Made by a program: the position numbers and the translations under genes. The notes under the pieces were generated by a model. The model had not been told where the DNA came from. It saw only the letters and a program-made list of their open reading frames with translations, and ran no database searches. This document shows positions 29,511 through 40,190 of a stretch of DNA of 64,000 bases, in pieces. Origin of the DNA: Pseudomonadota bacterium (GTDB lineage: Bacteria; Pseudomonadota; Alphaproteobacteria; Caulobacterales; Hyphomonadaceae); assembly GCA_039822145.1 (NCBI GenBank), contig JBCBMU010000001.1:116400-180399 (forward strand), read 5' to 3'. Position 1 is the stretch's first letter; each line of letters starts with the position of its first letter.

Positions 29511-30583
29511 CCGACAGAACTGAACGCATCGCCGCGCTCCACGCCGCCGCCAAAGAGCGCATTCTTCTGCTTGATGGCTCATGGGGCGTGATGTTCCAGC
29601 GCATGGGGCTGGACGAAGAGGATTATCGCGGCAGCCGCTTCACGTCAGAGGCTTATCCCGGGCAAATGAAAGGCAATAATGATATTCTTTGCCTGACCCT
29701 TCCGGAACGCGTGACCGAGCTGCACAATGCCTATTATGCCGCCGGCGCCGATATTTCAGAAACCAATACTTTCTCTGCGACAACCATCGCGCAAGATGAT
29801 TATGCGCTCGATGAGCAATCAGTGACCGATATCAATTTCGAGGGCGCCAAACTTGCCCGCGCCGCCGCCGATGCCTGGACCGAAAAAGAGCCGCACAAAC
29901 CCCGCTTCGCCGCGGGCTCGATCGGGCCGCTCAACAAAATGTTGTCGATGAGTTCGGATGTGAATGATCCAGGCGCCCGGGAAGTCAATTTCGACCAGGT
30001 CTACCAGGCCTATCGCCAGCAAATCAAAGCCCTGAACGAAGGCGGCGTCCATTTATACTTGATCGAAACGATCACTGACACGCTAAATTGTAAGGCGGCG
30101 ATCAAGGCGATTATGGATCTTGAGGCCGAGGGATTAGAGAAACTCCCGATTTGGATTTCGGGAACGATTACGGATCGCTCCGGGCGCACCCTGTCTGGGC
30201 AAACGGTTGAAGCGTTTTGGAATTCGGTGCGCCATGCCAAGCCGTTTGCGATTGGCTTTAATTGCGCCCTCGGGGCGGACCTGATGCGGCCGCACATCGC
30301 CGCTGTGTCACGTGTCGCCGACACGCTGGTCGCAGCGTATCCGAATGCTGGTCTGCCGAATGAAATGGGCCAGTATGATGAAGAACCGCACCAGACCGCG
30401 GGCGAGGTTGGCAATTGGGCCCAGGATGGCATTGTCAACATTCTCGGCGGCTGTTGCGGCACCACGCCTGAGCATATCAATGCAATCTATAAAGCCATCC
30501 AAGGCGTCACCCCGCGCGATCCCGTCGCGACGCAAGACACCATGCGCCTGGCGGGTCTCGAACCGTTTGAACTGGCCAATTAG
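29507..30583 (+). CDS. metH: Methionine synthase, homocysteine-binding half
   Basis: LLDGSWG, ETNTF, NCALG and GGCCG zinc ligands. Confidence 0.92.
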   Translation: MTDRTERIAALHAAAKERILLLDGSWGVMFQRMGLDEEDYRGSRFTSEAYPGQMKGNNDILCLTLPERVTELHNAYYAAGADISETNTFSATTIAQDDYALDEQSVTDINFEGAKLARAAADAWTEKEPHKPRFAAGSIGPLNKMLSMSSDVNDPGAREVNFDQVYQAYRQQIKALNEGGVHLYLIETITDTLNCKAAIKAIMDLEAEGLEKLPIWISGTITDRSGRTLSGQTVEAFWNSVRHAKPFAIGFNCALGADLMRPHIAAVSRVADTLVAAYPNAGLPNEMGQYDEEPHQTAGEVGNWAQDGIVNILGGCCGTTPEHINAIYKAIQGVTPRDPVATQDTMRLAGLEPFELAN

Positions 30584-30601
30584 GAGGGATCAATGTCGCG
30601 C

Positions 30602-31288
30602 TTAGCGAGCATGAAACCAGCCCGTGATGGAGAATCTGGGTTGTCCTGCGAAGGGCGTGACGAAGGTCACCGAGTGGATATGGCGAACGCTGAACAGAGA
30701 CAGCGCGTTAAACCCTGGGCTCCACGCCTCGCGCGGCGTGCCGTCTTGCTGGTAGAATTGCAGCAGGCCGCCCCAATCGGGATGCCAGTTTCGGCAAAAG
30801 CTGAAGACATAAGCGTAGAGCCGCTTTTCATCCGCTGGGTCATCCAAATGACGGGTCAAATAGTTTCCGCGGTCGTATCGGGTGGCTTGCGCATCTGCCC
30901 ACGCAATTCGATTGTCGCCGGTGAGCGTTCTGATTTGCGACAGAACTGGTTCGCTGTTGAGCATTGCGTTAAACTCGCTCAACACGGGATCCGCGGTCCC
31001 GCTCAGGCGGTGGCCGCGATAACAAAACCCGCGCCCCATTCGCGCATCGGCCCACAAACTGTCTTGCAGTTCTTTTCGGGCCTCTTCGCTCAATTGGCTC
31101 ATTTGTTGTTCGGACAGTTCCGCCGACTGACCCTCACGCGCCATCATCCAGTTATAGTCGCGCTGGGCTTCCAACGCGCTCGCGACGCGGTCCGCAGTGT
31201 CGGGATTGAGCGCGTTGATCAAGCGCGCACGGTCGTCGATCCTGAAGGCTGCAGCATTTTCTTGAGAGGCAAATCCAGGGGTCAGCAT
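30602..31288 (-). CDS. 2OG-Fe(II) oxygenase (prolyl-hydroxylase-like)
   Basis: YLTRHLD (HxD), WGGLLQF, HSV, RFSITGW. Confidence 0.88.
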   Translation of the reverse strand: MLTPGFASQENAAAFRIDDRARLINALNPDTADRVASALEAQRDYNWMMAREGQSAELSEQQMSQLSEEARKELQDSLWADARMGRGFCYRGHRLSGTADPVLSEFNAMLNSEPVLSQIRTLTGDNRIAWADAQATRYDRGNYLTRHLDDPADEKRLYAYVFSFCRNWHPDWGGLLQFYQQDGTPREAWSPGFNALSLFSVRHIHSVTFVTPFAGQPRFSITGWFHAR

Positions 31289-31381
31289 TTTTCAATCACC
31301 GTTTGTGAACACTCCTTCTCTCCTCTAAGATTAAGGTCGTTCTCGCAAGCCATTACATCAGGTCAGCCTTAGGAGGTCGGA

Positions 31382-31936
31382 ATGAAAGTCTATGACACAC
31401 TCGATGAGCGGATCATCAGTTTCATTGAGAAGCAGAAAATGTTTTTCGTCGCCTCGGCGCCGCTTTCGGCGGATGGCCATATCAATCTCAGCCCAAAAGG
31501 CTATGACGCGTTCAAAGTGATCGATGACACAACCGTGGCCTGGCTCGACCTAGGCGGCTCCGGCATCGAGACCCAAGCCCATGTTCAAGAGAATGGCCGG
31601 ATCACCATCATGTTCTGTGCCTTTGAAGGCCCGGCAAATATTTTGCGCCTGTTCGGCACCGGCGAAGTGATTAATCCGCATCATCCTGAATGGGACGAGA
31701 TGCTCGGTCTGTTTCCCGGCTTTGAGCGCGCCCGCGGCGTGTTCAAAGTCAAACTCAACCGCATCCAAGACAGTTGCGGTTGGGGTGTGCCATTCATGGA
31801 GTTCAAAGGCGAGCGCGATCAGCTGACCCGCTATGTCGATAATAAATCGCCCGAAGAATGGGTCGAAAGCCGCTACGCGAAAAATGCCGAGAGTATTGAT
31901 GGCCTGAAAGGCTTGGTCAGGGAGGAAGTATCATGA
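31382..31936 (+). CDS. Pyridoxamine 5'-phosphate oxidase-related FMN-binding protein
   Basis: FFVASAP...NLSPKG, GSGIETQAH, IMFCAFEG, DSCGWGVP. Confidence 0.88.
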   Translation: MKVYDTLDERIISFIEKQKMFFVASAPLSADGHINLSPKGYDAFKVIDDTTVAWLDLGGSGIETQAHVQENGRITIMFCAFEGPANILRLFGTGEVINPHHPEWDEMLGLFPGFERARGVFKVKLNRIQDSCGWGVPFMEFKGERDQLTRYVDNKSPEEWVESRYAKNAESIDGLKGLVREEVS

Positions 31937-32286
31937 CTTATATTGATGGATTTATCGCGGCTGTGCCGGTGGAGAATAAAGAGGCCTATCTTGAACATGC
32001 CCGCATCACCGGACCGGTGTTCAAGAAATACGGCGCCCTGCGGATCATGGACAATTGGGGCGACGAAGTGCCGGATGGCGAGACCACCTCCTTCCCGATG
32101 GCGGTGCAAGCCAAGCCCGGCGAAGTCATCGTCTTTTCCTGGATCGAATGGCCCTCCAAGGAGGCCCGCGAGAAAGGCATGGAAGCCTGCATGGCTGACC
32201 CGGTCTTTAACGATGAAGACATGCCGATGCCGTTTGACGGCAAGCGCATGCTGATTGGCAGCTTCGAGACGATTATGGAAGTTTGA
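31933..32286 (+). CDS. DUF1428 (YbaA-like) protein
   Basis: YIDGFIAAVP, WGDEVPDG..TSF..AV, MPFDGKRM. Confidence 0.9.
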   Translation: MTYIDGFIAAVPVENKEAYLEHARITGPVFKKYGALRIMDNWGDEVPDGETTSFPMAVQAKPGEVIVFSWIEWPSKEAREKGMEACMADPVFNDEDMPMPFDGKRMLIGSFETIMEV

Positions 32287-32825
32287 TGTGCGGCATCGAT
32301 CCCGAGTGGGACAATCACTTTTTAGATTTTGGCTATAGTGGTTCGATTAAGAAAGAAGCCATCATCAACTGTTTGGCCGAAATTTACAGAGTGAGCGTCG
32401 AGAATACATTCGATTCGGTACTCGTCGAAGAGCGAGAAATCTCTATTCCTGACCCTGAACCATTGCCGAATTTGATATTTGGTTTCGCTGAGAATCCTTG
32501 TTATTGGATTGGTTTAGATAACTGGGTACATGGGATTTGTCGAAACAATTTTGAGGTCGCTGACCTCGAAATCGCTGTTCGAGTGTGGTTGCGATTTGGA
32601 TGCAGTGTTTCAATCCCGACATTTGAATACGTTGACCTCGACAGCACATGTGACGATAGGCTGATAAGACTTGAAATCACTAATGAGGGACGAGTCTTTG
32701 AAAAAGTAGGCGGCACATCAAATTTTTCCGGTGAAATGAAGAATGCGGGCGCAATTGTTCGCGAGATAAAACCACACGAAAAAGTCTTTCGAGAATTCCA
32801 ACAATTAAAGCACCAATATAGATGA
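32286..32825 (+). CDS. Orphan acidic hypothetical protein, AT-rich
   Basis: Open frame with TGATG and ATGA overlaps; visibly lower GC than its flanks. Confidence 0.6.
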   Translation: MCGIDPEWDNHFLDFGYSGSIKKEAIINCLAEIYRVSVENTFDSVLVEEREISIPDPEPLPNLIFGFAENPCYWIGLDNWVHGICRNNFEVADLEIAVRVWLRFGCSVSIPTFEYVDLDSTCDDRLIRLEITNEGRVFEKVGGTSNFSGEMKNAGAIVREIKPHEKVFREFQQLKHQYR

Positions 32826-35452
32826 CCACAGCCTCCCAGAATTTCGTCAATATTGGCGAACGCACCAATGTCACCGGCTCGGCGCGGTTTCGCAAACTGA
32901 TCGTCAATGGCGATTATGCGACCGCCGTTGAAGTCGCGCGCCAGCAAGTTGAGAACGGCGCCCAGATCATTGATGTGAACATGGATGAGGGCATGCTGGA
33001 CGGCGCTGAGGCGATGACCACATTCCTCAACCTGATCGCTGCTGAACCGGATATTGCCCGCGTCCCGGTGATGATTGATAGCTCCAAATGGGAGGTCATC
33101 GAGGCCGGTCTGAAATGCGTGCAGGGCAAGGCCGTGGTCAACTCGATCTCGATGAAAGAGGGCGAGGATCAATTCCGCGAACAGGCGCGCAAATGCTTGT
33201 CTTATGGCGCTGCTGTTGTGGTCATGGCGTTTGACGAGGTCGGCCAAGCCGACACCGCGTCGCGCAAGATTGAGATCTGCCAACGCGCCTTTAAAATCCT
33301 TACCGAAGAGGTCGGTTTCCCGGCCGAGGACATCATCTTCGATCCAAATATATTCGCCGTCGCAACGGGGATTGAAGAGCACAATAATTACGCCGTCGAT
33401 TTCATCGAAGCGACCAAAATCATTCGCGCGACTTGCCCCGGCTGTCACATCTCGGGCGGGCTCTCAAATGTCAGCTTCTCGTTTCGCGGCAATGAGCCGG
33501 TGCGCCGGGCCATGCACTCTGTGTTTCTTTACCACGCGATCCCAGCCGGCATGGATATGGGCATCGTTAATGCCGGCCAGCTGGACATCTATGACGAGAT
33601 TGAACCCAAGCTGCGCGACTTGGTCGAAGATGTCATCCTCAATCGCAATGATGAGGGCACTGAAGCGCTGGTCGATTATGCCGAACAGTTCCGCGGCCAA
33701 AAAGGCAAAAGCGCTGAGAAGGATATGTCCTGGCGCGAAGCTGGGGTGAATAAACGTCTCGAACATGCCCTGGTCAATGGCATCACCGAGTTCATTGAAG
33801 AAGACACTGAAGAGGCGCGCGCCGCCGCCGCGCGTCCGCTGCACGTGATCGAAGGCCCATTGATGGACGGCATGAACGTCGTCGGCGACTTGTTCGGCTC
33901 TGGTAAGATGTTCTTGCCCCAGGTTGTGAAATCGGCCCGCGTCATGAAAGCGGCTGTGGCCTATCTTGACCCCTATATGGAAGCCGAGAAAGTCGAGCTC
34001 GGCACGGTCGATGCCTCAAATGGCAAAGTCCTGATGGCAACGGTCAAAGGCGACGTGCACGATATCGGCAAGAATATTGTCGGCGTCGTGCTTGCCTGTA
34101 ATGGTTATGAGATTGTCGATATGGGCGTCATGGTCCCGTGCGAAGAGATCCTCGCCAAGGCGGTAGAAGAGAATGTCGATATTATCGGCCTCTCCGGTCT
34201 GATCACGCCAAGCTTGGATGAAATGGTCTATGTCGCGCGCGAGATGCAGCGCACCGGCATGAAACAACCGTTGCTGATCGGCGGCGCCACGACCTCGCCG
34301 GCGCATACAGCCGTCAAGATTGATCCAGCCCGCGACAATGGCCCAACCATTCACGTCACCGATGCGAGCCGCGCCGTGGGCGTCGTCTCGGCCCTGCTCT
34401 CAGATGAAGACCGCCCGCTCTTTGTCGAGACGGCGCAGGCCAAATATCAACGCATGCGCGACAGCCGCGCGGGCGGACCGCCAAAGCCGCGTCACCCGAT
34501 CAATGTTGCCCGCTCGCATGCCCACAAGCTTGAAACCCCGGCCCCACAGGCGCCGAGCTTTACCGGCACGCAAGTGTTCGAGGATTTCGATCTCTCAGAG
34601 CTTGCCCGCTACATTGATTGGACGCCGTACTTTTCGAGCTGGAACCTGGCCGGGCGCTACCCGCAAATCTTAGATGATGAGATTGTCGGCGAAGCGGCCC
34701 GCGATCTGTGGCGCGACACGGAAAACATGATGCAGCAAATCCTCGGTCAGGATTGGTTCAAACCGAAAGCCGTGATTGGCTTTTGGCCCGCACAGCGCGA
34801 CGGCGACGATATCAAGCTCGCGACCGGCGATACGTTCCATACGCTGCGCCAGCAAATGGTCAAAGACAATAGCCGCGCCAATTTCGCGCTGTCTGATTTT
34901 GTCGCTGAGACAGACGATCATATTGGCGGCTTTGCGGTCACCTCAGGTCCAGAAGCTGACCAAATCGCGAAAAAGTTCGAAGCCGAAGGCGATGATTATT
35001 CCGCCATCATGGTCAAAGCGCTCGCCGATCGGTTCGCTGAAGCGATGGCTGAATACATGCACGAACGCGTCCGCAGAGAGCTGTGGGGCTATGCCAGCGA
35101 CGAGGCGCTCTCCGCCGCGGAGCTGATCAAAGAGAGCTATGACGGCATCCGTCCGGCGCCGGGCTATCCGTGCCAGCCCGACCATACTGAAAAAGACACC
35201 CTGTTCCGGCTCTTAGAAGCCGACCGCATCGGCATGGAACTGACGTCAAGTTTCGCCATGACCCCGGCGGCTTCGGTCTCTGGCCTCTATATTGGGCATC
35301 CCGAAAGCGTCTATTTCGCGGTTGGCCGGATCGAGCGCGATCAGGTCGAGGATTATGCCCGCCGCAAAGGCATGGAGCTGCGCGCCGCGGAGCGTTGGCT
35401 CGGGCCGATCTTGAATTATGATCCTGGCGAGGTGGCTGAGGTCGCGGCGTGA
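32822..35452 (+). CDS. metH: Methionine synthase, pterin/cobalamin/reactivation half
   Basis: [26 protein letters not shown]. Confidence 0.96.
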   Translation: MTTASQNFVNIGERTNVTGSARFRKLIVNGDYATAVEVARQQVENGAQIIDVNMDEGMLDGAEAMTTFLNLIAAEPDIARVPVMIDSSKWEVIEAGLKCVQGKAVVNSISMKEGEDQFREQARKCLSYGAAVVVMAFDEVGQADTASRKIEICQRAFKILTEEVGFPAEDIIFDPNIFAVATGIEEHNNYAVDFIEATKIIRATCPGCHISGGLSNVSFSFRGNEPVRRAMHSVFLYHAIPAGMDMGIVNAGQLDIYDEIEPKLRDLVEDVILNRNDEGTEALVDYAEQFRGQKGKSAEKDMSWREAGVNKRLEHALVNGITEFIEEDTEEARAAAARPLHVIEGPLMDGMNVVGDLFGSGKMFLPQVVKSARVMKAAVAYLDPYMEAEKVELGTVDASNGKVLMATVKGDVHDIGKNIVGVVLACNGYEIVDMGVMVPCEEILAKAVEENVDIIGLSGLITPSLDEMVYVAREMQRTGMKQPLLIGGATTSPAHTAVKIDPARDNGPTIHVTDASRAVGVVSALLSDEDRPLFVETAQAKYQRMRDSRAGGPPKPRHPINVARSHAHKLETPAPQAPSFTGTQVFEDFDLSELARYIDWTPYFSSWNLAGRYPQILDDEIVGEAARDLWRDTENMMQQILGQDWFKPKAVIGFWPAQRDGDDIKLATGDTFHTLRQQMVKDNSRANFALSDFVAETDDHIGGFAVTSGPEADQIAKKFEAEGDDYSAIMVKALADRFAEAMAEYMHERVRRELWGYASDEALSAAELIKESYDGIRPAPGYPCQPDHTEKDTLFRLLEADRIGMELTSSFAMTPAASVSGLYIGHPESVYFAVGRIERDQVEDYARRKGMELRAAERWLGPILNYDPGEVAEVAA

Positions 35453-35838
35453 GCCAGACCATCGCCAATGTGACGCTCGTCGTCCCGGATTATGACGCTG
35501 CCATCGCTTTCTATGTCGACCAGCTCGGCTTTTCCCTGCTCGAGGATACAACGCTCACCGAAACAAAACGTTGGGTCCGTGTGGCGCCGCGCGGCGCCGA
35601 GACCGCGCTGTTGCTGGCACAGGCGGATGGCGCAGCGCAAGAGGCCGCTATCGGTCATCAAACCGGTGGCCGTGTCGGGTTCTTTCTGCACACGGATGAT
35701 TTCGCCCGCGACTATGCTGCGATGAAAAACAACGGCGTGACCTTCCGCGAAGACCCAAGGCATGAAGCCTATGGCAGCGTTGCGGTGTTCGAAGACCCGT
35801 TCGGAAATCTATGGGATTTAATTGAGCCGGCGACCTAA
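35449..35838 (+). CDS. VOC/glyoxalase family protein
   Basis: [30 protein letters not shown]. Confidence 0.9.
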   Translation: MSQTIANVTLVVPDYDAAIAFYVDQLGFSLLEDTTLTETKRWVRVAPRGAETALLLAQADGAAQEAAIGHQTGGRVGFFLHTDDFARDYAAMKNNGVTFREDPRHEAYGSVAVFEDPFGNLWDLIEPAT

Positions 35839-36041
35839 TCTGCGCTCGGCCCGCCGGGTTGAGATGTTTGCGGACGAACAGCGTTCAAAGTGTCGATCAG
35901 AAACTCGCCCGTTTTCTCTTCGTGAAAATCGTCGCGGCGATTGAACCATACGCAATACGCACGATCGGCTTTGACCGCCGCGACGGTCATATTTGGACCG
36001 CCAGATTTAAGTTTGACGACGTCTCCGATTGCAAGACTCAT
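35835..36041 (-). CDS. YodC/DUF2158 family small protein
   Basis: IGDVVKLKSGGPNMTV...CVWF. Confidence 0.85.
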   Translation of the reverse strand: MSLAIGDVVKLKSGGPNMTVAAVKADRAYCVWFNRRDDFHEEKTGEFLIDTLNAVRPQTSQPGGPSAD

Positions 36042-36294
36042 AAGAACTCCGATCTCTTGGAACACGGCCTTCGATAAGCGCCAGTCGATTAAGAGATCTC
36101 TAGTCCCGCCGAAAAGGAAGAGCCCGTTGAGAAAATAGGGACGCTGAGACAATGATGCCGCCGGATCCCGCTTGAATATTTGGATCCCCGCCAGGGCCGA
36201 GCTGCTGCGATCACGGACAGTCCAAACACCGCGAAGTGCAGCGAAATACAGATTGTTTCATGCCCCATTAAGCGGCGCGGGGCGATGATAAGGC

Positions 36295-37677
36295 ATGCGT
36301 TTAAGGATTTGCATTCCACTGGCCACAGGCATGATCGGCGCGCTTGCAGCAATGCCAGCCACCGGACAGGCTTTGTCGCTCGACTTGGAGGCGGTTAAAA
36401 TCGACTCTGTCGGCGCGGCGTTTCAAACGGTTCCGCTGGTCAACACATATGCCAATGCGGTGGTTGTTTGCACGTATAATTTAACCTCGAATGCCAATAA
36501 TGACGCCACGGTCCGGGTCAGCAATATTCAATCCGACAGCTTTGATGTCCGCGTCCAGCGGTTCGAGAACTCATCCGCTTTCACACCGTCTGACGTCCAT
36601 TGTCTGGTCGCTGATGAAGGCGTTCACACCCTGAGCGATGGGCGCGTGATCGAGGCCCGCACCGTGCTTTCCACGGTGACAGCTGGCAATGCCGCGGGCT
36701 GGGGCGCGGCGAACTATACCAATGTCACAGGTCTGGTCACGGGCGGGCATTCTGCGCTGGTAATTTTGGGCCAGGTGATGAGCTTCAATGACAGCCAAGC
36801 CAGCGTATTCACGTCTAATAATTGCAGCAATCGCGGCGCCCCAGCGACGCTGACCAATATCTGTGTGACCAAACATATCGGCATGATCAATGATACTAGG
36901 CTGTCAGAGACGCTGGGTTTTATCATCACCGAACCCGGCACGGGCACTGTGAACCAAGTCGATTATGCTTTTGCCCGCGGCGGCAATTCCGTCGCCGGCA
37001 CCGGCAATACGCCGCCTTATACCTATTCTGTCAGCGGCGATTTTGAGATCGGCGTGGCGACCATGGCAGCGGAGAATGGCGGTAATGGCGGTTGGGCGGT
37101 GCTGTATGGCAATGATCCCTTGCCCAGCAATACGATCAATTTGGCGGTTGAAGAAGAAACCGTCGCCGGCGATACGACCCGTCGCCACATCAATGAAGAG
37201 CTTTATTACGGCGTCTTTCGAAACAATCAGACGGCCATTTTAGATGTGACTAAATCGACCTCGGTTTCACCGCTATCGCCATCTCCCTTCGCCATCCCAG
37301 GCAGCGACATTCTATACACGCTGACCATTGAAAGCACTGGCACGGCGCCGGTTGATGAAGATACGCTCTTCCTGGTCGATACCCTTCCTACTGAAGTGTC
37401 TTTCTATAATGGCGATATTGACGGTGCCGGTCCGGTCGCCGGCAGAGTGCAGTTTGACCCGCTCTCCTCTGGGGTGAGCTTTTCCGAGGCGACGGATTTG
37501 CGCTTCTCAGATGCCGCTATCAAGCCAGCAAACTTATCCGAATGCAGCTATACGCCGTCAAGCGGTTATGACCCAAGCGTCCGGCATGTCTGCTTCGCGC
37601 CAAAAGGCCAATTATTGGGCGGCGCGATCCAACCAAATGCCGAGTTTAGCCTGACCTTCAGGGCACGGATTGATTAA
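36295..37677 (+). CDS. Secreted beta-rich protein with C-terminal DUF11-like domain
   Basis: Signal peptide; Thr/Asn/Gly-rich; VTKS...PGSDILYTLTI.STG...DTLP. Confidence 0.7.
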   Translation: MRLRICIPLATGMIGALAAMPATGQALSLDLEAVKIDSVGAAFQTVPLVNTYANAVVVCTYNLTSNANNDATVRVSNIQSDSFDVRVQRFENSSAFTPSDVHCLVADEGVHTLSDGRVIEARTVLSTVTAGNAAGWGAANYTNVTGLVTGGHSALVILGQVMSFNDSQASVFTSNNCSNRGAPATLTNICVTKHIGMINDTRLSETLGFIITEPGTGTVNQVDYAFARGGNSVAGTGNTPPYTYSVSGDFEIGVATMAAENGGNGGWAVLYGNDPLPSNTINLAVEEETVAGDTTRRHINEELYYGVFRNNQTAILDVTKSTSVSPLSPSPFAIPGSDILYTLTIESTGTAPVDEDTLFLVDTLPTEVSFYNGDIDGAGPVAGRVQFDPLSSGVSFSEATDLRFSDAAIKPANLSECSYTPSSGYDPSVRHVCFAPKGQLLGGAIQPNAEFSLTFRARID

Positions 37678-37679
37678 AA

Positions 37680-37705
37680 AAGGCGGCCTCCAAGGAGACC
37701 GCCTT
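37680..37705. terminator. Hairpin between convergent genes
   Basis: AAGGCGG-c-CTCC/GGAG-a-CCGCCTT with an adjacent A-run. Confidence 0.7.
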
Positions 37706-37728
37706 CTCAATATTGTATCGCTTAGACT

Positions 37729-39924
37729 TTAGAAGCGATCCAAGTTCATCACTTTATCCCAAGCTTTGATGAAGTCCCGTGTGAAGCGCTCTTTCGAGTC
37801 GCTCTGGGCGTAGATTTCAGCAATGCTGCGGAGGATAGAGTTGGATCCAAAGACCAAGTCTGCGCGGGTGCCGGTAAAGGCGACAGCGCCGGTTGCGCGG
37901 TCTTTGCCATGGAAGGTTTCTTCCATTGGGTCGGCTGCGGTCCACTCATATTTCATGTCGAGCAGATTGACGAAATAGTCATTCGTCAGGGTGCCGACTT
38001 TATCGGTGAAGACACCGTCAGACGAGTCATTGGCATTCGCGCCGAGGACGCGCAGACCGCCGACAAGAACCGTCATTTCTGGTGCTGACAGAGACAGCAA
38101 AGCTGCTTTGTCGACCAGGAGCGTTTCGGTCGAGCGTGGGTCGAGCGTGTCTTTATAGTTGCGGAAGCCGTCAACTTTCGGCTCGAGCACGGCGTAAGAC
38201 TCGACATCCGTAAGCTCTTGCGTCGTGTCGACACGACCCGGGGTGAACGGCACGGTGGCGCCGGACGCTTTCTCAATCGCGGCGCATCCGCCGAGAACGA
38301 TCAGGTCGGCGACAGAGACTTGTGTGCCGCTGGCATTAAACTCGGCCTGGATGGCTTCGAGTTTGGCAATCACATCAGCAACGCCAGAGGCTTTGTTAAT
38401 GTCCCAGTCTTTGGCCGGCGCCAGACGGATGCGAGCGCCATTGGCGCCGCCGCGCTTGTCCGAGTCGCGGAAGGTTGAGGCAGATGCCCACGCGGTGCTG
38501 ACGAGCTGTGACACTGTCAGGCCAGATCCGAGAATTTTCGCTTTCAGATCAGCAATTTCGGCATCATTGATCACCGGACCAGTATGGGCTGGGATTGGAT
38601 CCTGCCAAAGCAGCTCTTCTTGTGGCACTTCTGGGCCGACATAACGGGTTTTTGGACCCATATCGCGGTGGGTGAGCTTGAACCATGCACGGGCATAAGC
38701 GTCTGCGAACTCATCCGGATTGTCGAGGAAGTGCTGAGAGATTTTGCCGTAAGCTGGGTCCAATTTCATGGCCATATCGGCAGTGGTCATCATCAGCGGC
38801 TGGGTCTTAGAAGCGTCATGCGCCATTGGCGCTTCCGGCGCGCCTTGGCCAGCGACGGGCGCCCATTGAACGTGACCCGCTGGGCTGGTAACTTTTTCCC
38901 ACTCATATTTGAGCAGGTTTTCAAAATAAGTCATGTCCCAAGTGTCTGGGGTTGGCGTCCAAGCCCCTTCGAAACCAGCCGTCGTGGTATCGTCGCCTTT
39001 GCCTGAGGCATAGCTGTTCATCCAGCCAAAGCCCATGTTTTCCATCGGTGCGCCTTCTGGCTCAACTCCGACTTCGCTTTCTGGTCCGGCGCCGTGGCCT
39101 TTGCCGAATGTATGGCCACCGGCGACGAGCGCGACCGTTTCATAATCATTCATCGCCATACGGGCGAACGTGACGCGAATATCGTGGCCGGCTGCAAGCG
39201 GATCTGGAACCGCGTCTGGGCCTTCTGGATTAACGTAGATCAAGCCCATCATCACGGCGCCCAGAGGCGTCTCGAGCTTATTCGCGTCGGCGTCGGCTGC
39301 TTGATAGTCGCGCTGACCGGCATAACGGCTATGCTCATTGCCAGAGGCGGCGAGCCACTCTGCTTCAGGACCCCAATAAATGTCTTCTTCTGGTTCAAAC
39401 CAATCGGCACGGCCGCCAGAGAAGCCAAACGTTTTCAGACCGCAGGTCTCCATGCCAACATTCGCGGCGAGGATCATCAGGTCGGCCCAAGAGATTTTGT
39501 TGCCGTATTTTTGCTTGATCGGCCAAAGCAGACGACGGGCTTTGTCGAGATTGCCATTGTCCGGCCAGCTGTTCAGCGGCGCAAAACGCTGCGACCCAGA
39601 ATTGGCGCCGCCGCGGCCATCATAGGTGCGATAGGTGCCGGCGCTGTGCCAGGCCATGCGGACGAAGAAGCCAGTATAGTTGCCATAATCAGCCGGCCAC
39701 CAGTCTTGGCTATCGGTTACGAGCGCGGCCAGGTCTTTTTTCAGGGCGTCATAGTCCAGCGACTCAAACGCTTCGACATAATCGAACTCATCTTCCAGAG
39801 GGCTAACTTGCGGCGCATTCTGGTTGAGGATTTTGACGTTCAGCTGCTCGGGCCACCAGCTTTTATTGGCAATATCGCCGGTTTTAAAGCCTTGCCGCAT
39901 CGGGCATTTCATATCGTCAGCCAT
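37729..39924 (-). CDS. katG: Catalase-peroxidase
   Basis: [31 protein letters not shown]. Confidence 0.97.
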   Translation of the reverse strand: MADDMKCPMRQGFKTGDIANKSWWPEQLNVKILNQNAPQVSPLEDEFDYVEAFESLDYDALKKDLAALVTDSQDWWPADYGNYTGFFVRMAWHSAGTYRTYDGRGGANSGSQRFAPLNSWPDNGNLDKARRLLWPIKQKYGNKISWADLMILAANVGMETCGLKTFGFSGGRADWFEPEEDIYWGPEAEWLAASGNEHSRYAGQRDYQAADADANKLETPLGAVMMGLIYVNPEGPDAVPDPLAAGHDIRVTFARMAMNDYETVALVAGGHTFGKGHGAGPESEVGVEPEGAPMENMGFGWMNSYASGKGDDTTTAGFEGAWTPTPDTWDMTYFENLLKYEWEKVTSPAGHVQWAPVAGQGAPEAPMAHDASKTQPLMMTTADMAMKLDPAYGKISQHFLDNPDEFADAYARAWFKLTHRDMGPKTRYVGPEVPQEELLWQDPIPAHTGPVINDAEIADLKAKILGSGLTVSQLVSTAWASASTFRDSDKRGGANGARIRLAPAKDWDINKASGVADVIAKLEAIQAEFNASGTQVSVADLIVLGGCAAIEKASGATVPFTPGRVDTTQELTDVESYAVLEPKVDGFRNYKDTLDPRSTETLLVDKAALLSLSAPEMTVLVGGLRVLGANANDSSDGVFTDKVGTLTNDYFVNLLDMKYEWTAADPMEETFHGKDRATGAVAFTGTRADLVFGSNSILRSIAEIYAQSDSKERFTRDFIKAWDKVMNLDRF

Positions 39925-40127
39925 GGGATCTCCTGTCATGTAAGTTATTTGAGTTGGGTCTGGTTACGCAACTATGCCGATCGTCTACCGCGCCTAGCGC
40001 TATCCATCCAATTAATAATAGCGCTACCATCCAAAGGTTTTGACTATATCATACATCTTGTCAGGCGAATCGAGTTCGCCTCAGAGGTTAAGCCAATTGC
40101 ATAAAATTGTGACAGCTCGTTTACTGA

Positions 40128-40144
40128 TTGGCCTGCGGCTTGCG
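40128..40144 (+). promoter_or_regulatory. Putative sigma54 -24/-12 promoter
   Basis: TTGGCCTGCGGCTTGCG: GG-N10-GC with TGGC and TTGC intact. Confidence 0.6.
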
Positions 40145-40190
40145 ACACCTCGGTCATAGGTCTGCAAAACTCGCTCGGGAGGCGAATTCT

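Noticed and set aside
32501-33448. 315-aa minus-strand ORF
   Set aside because: Antisense shadow of metH.
39094-40104. 336-aa plus-strand ORF
   Set aside because: Antisense shadow of katG with no RBS or motifs.
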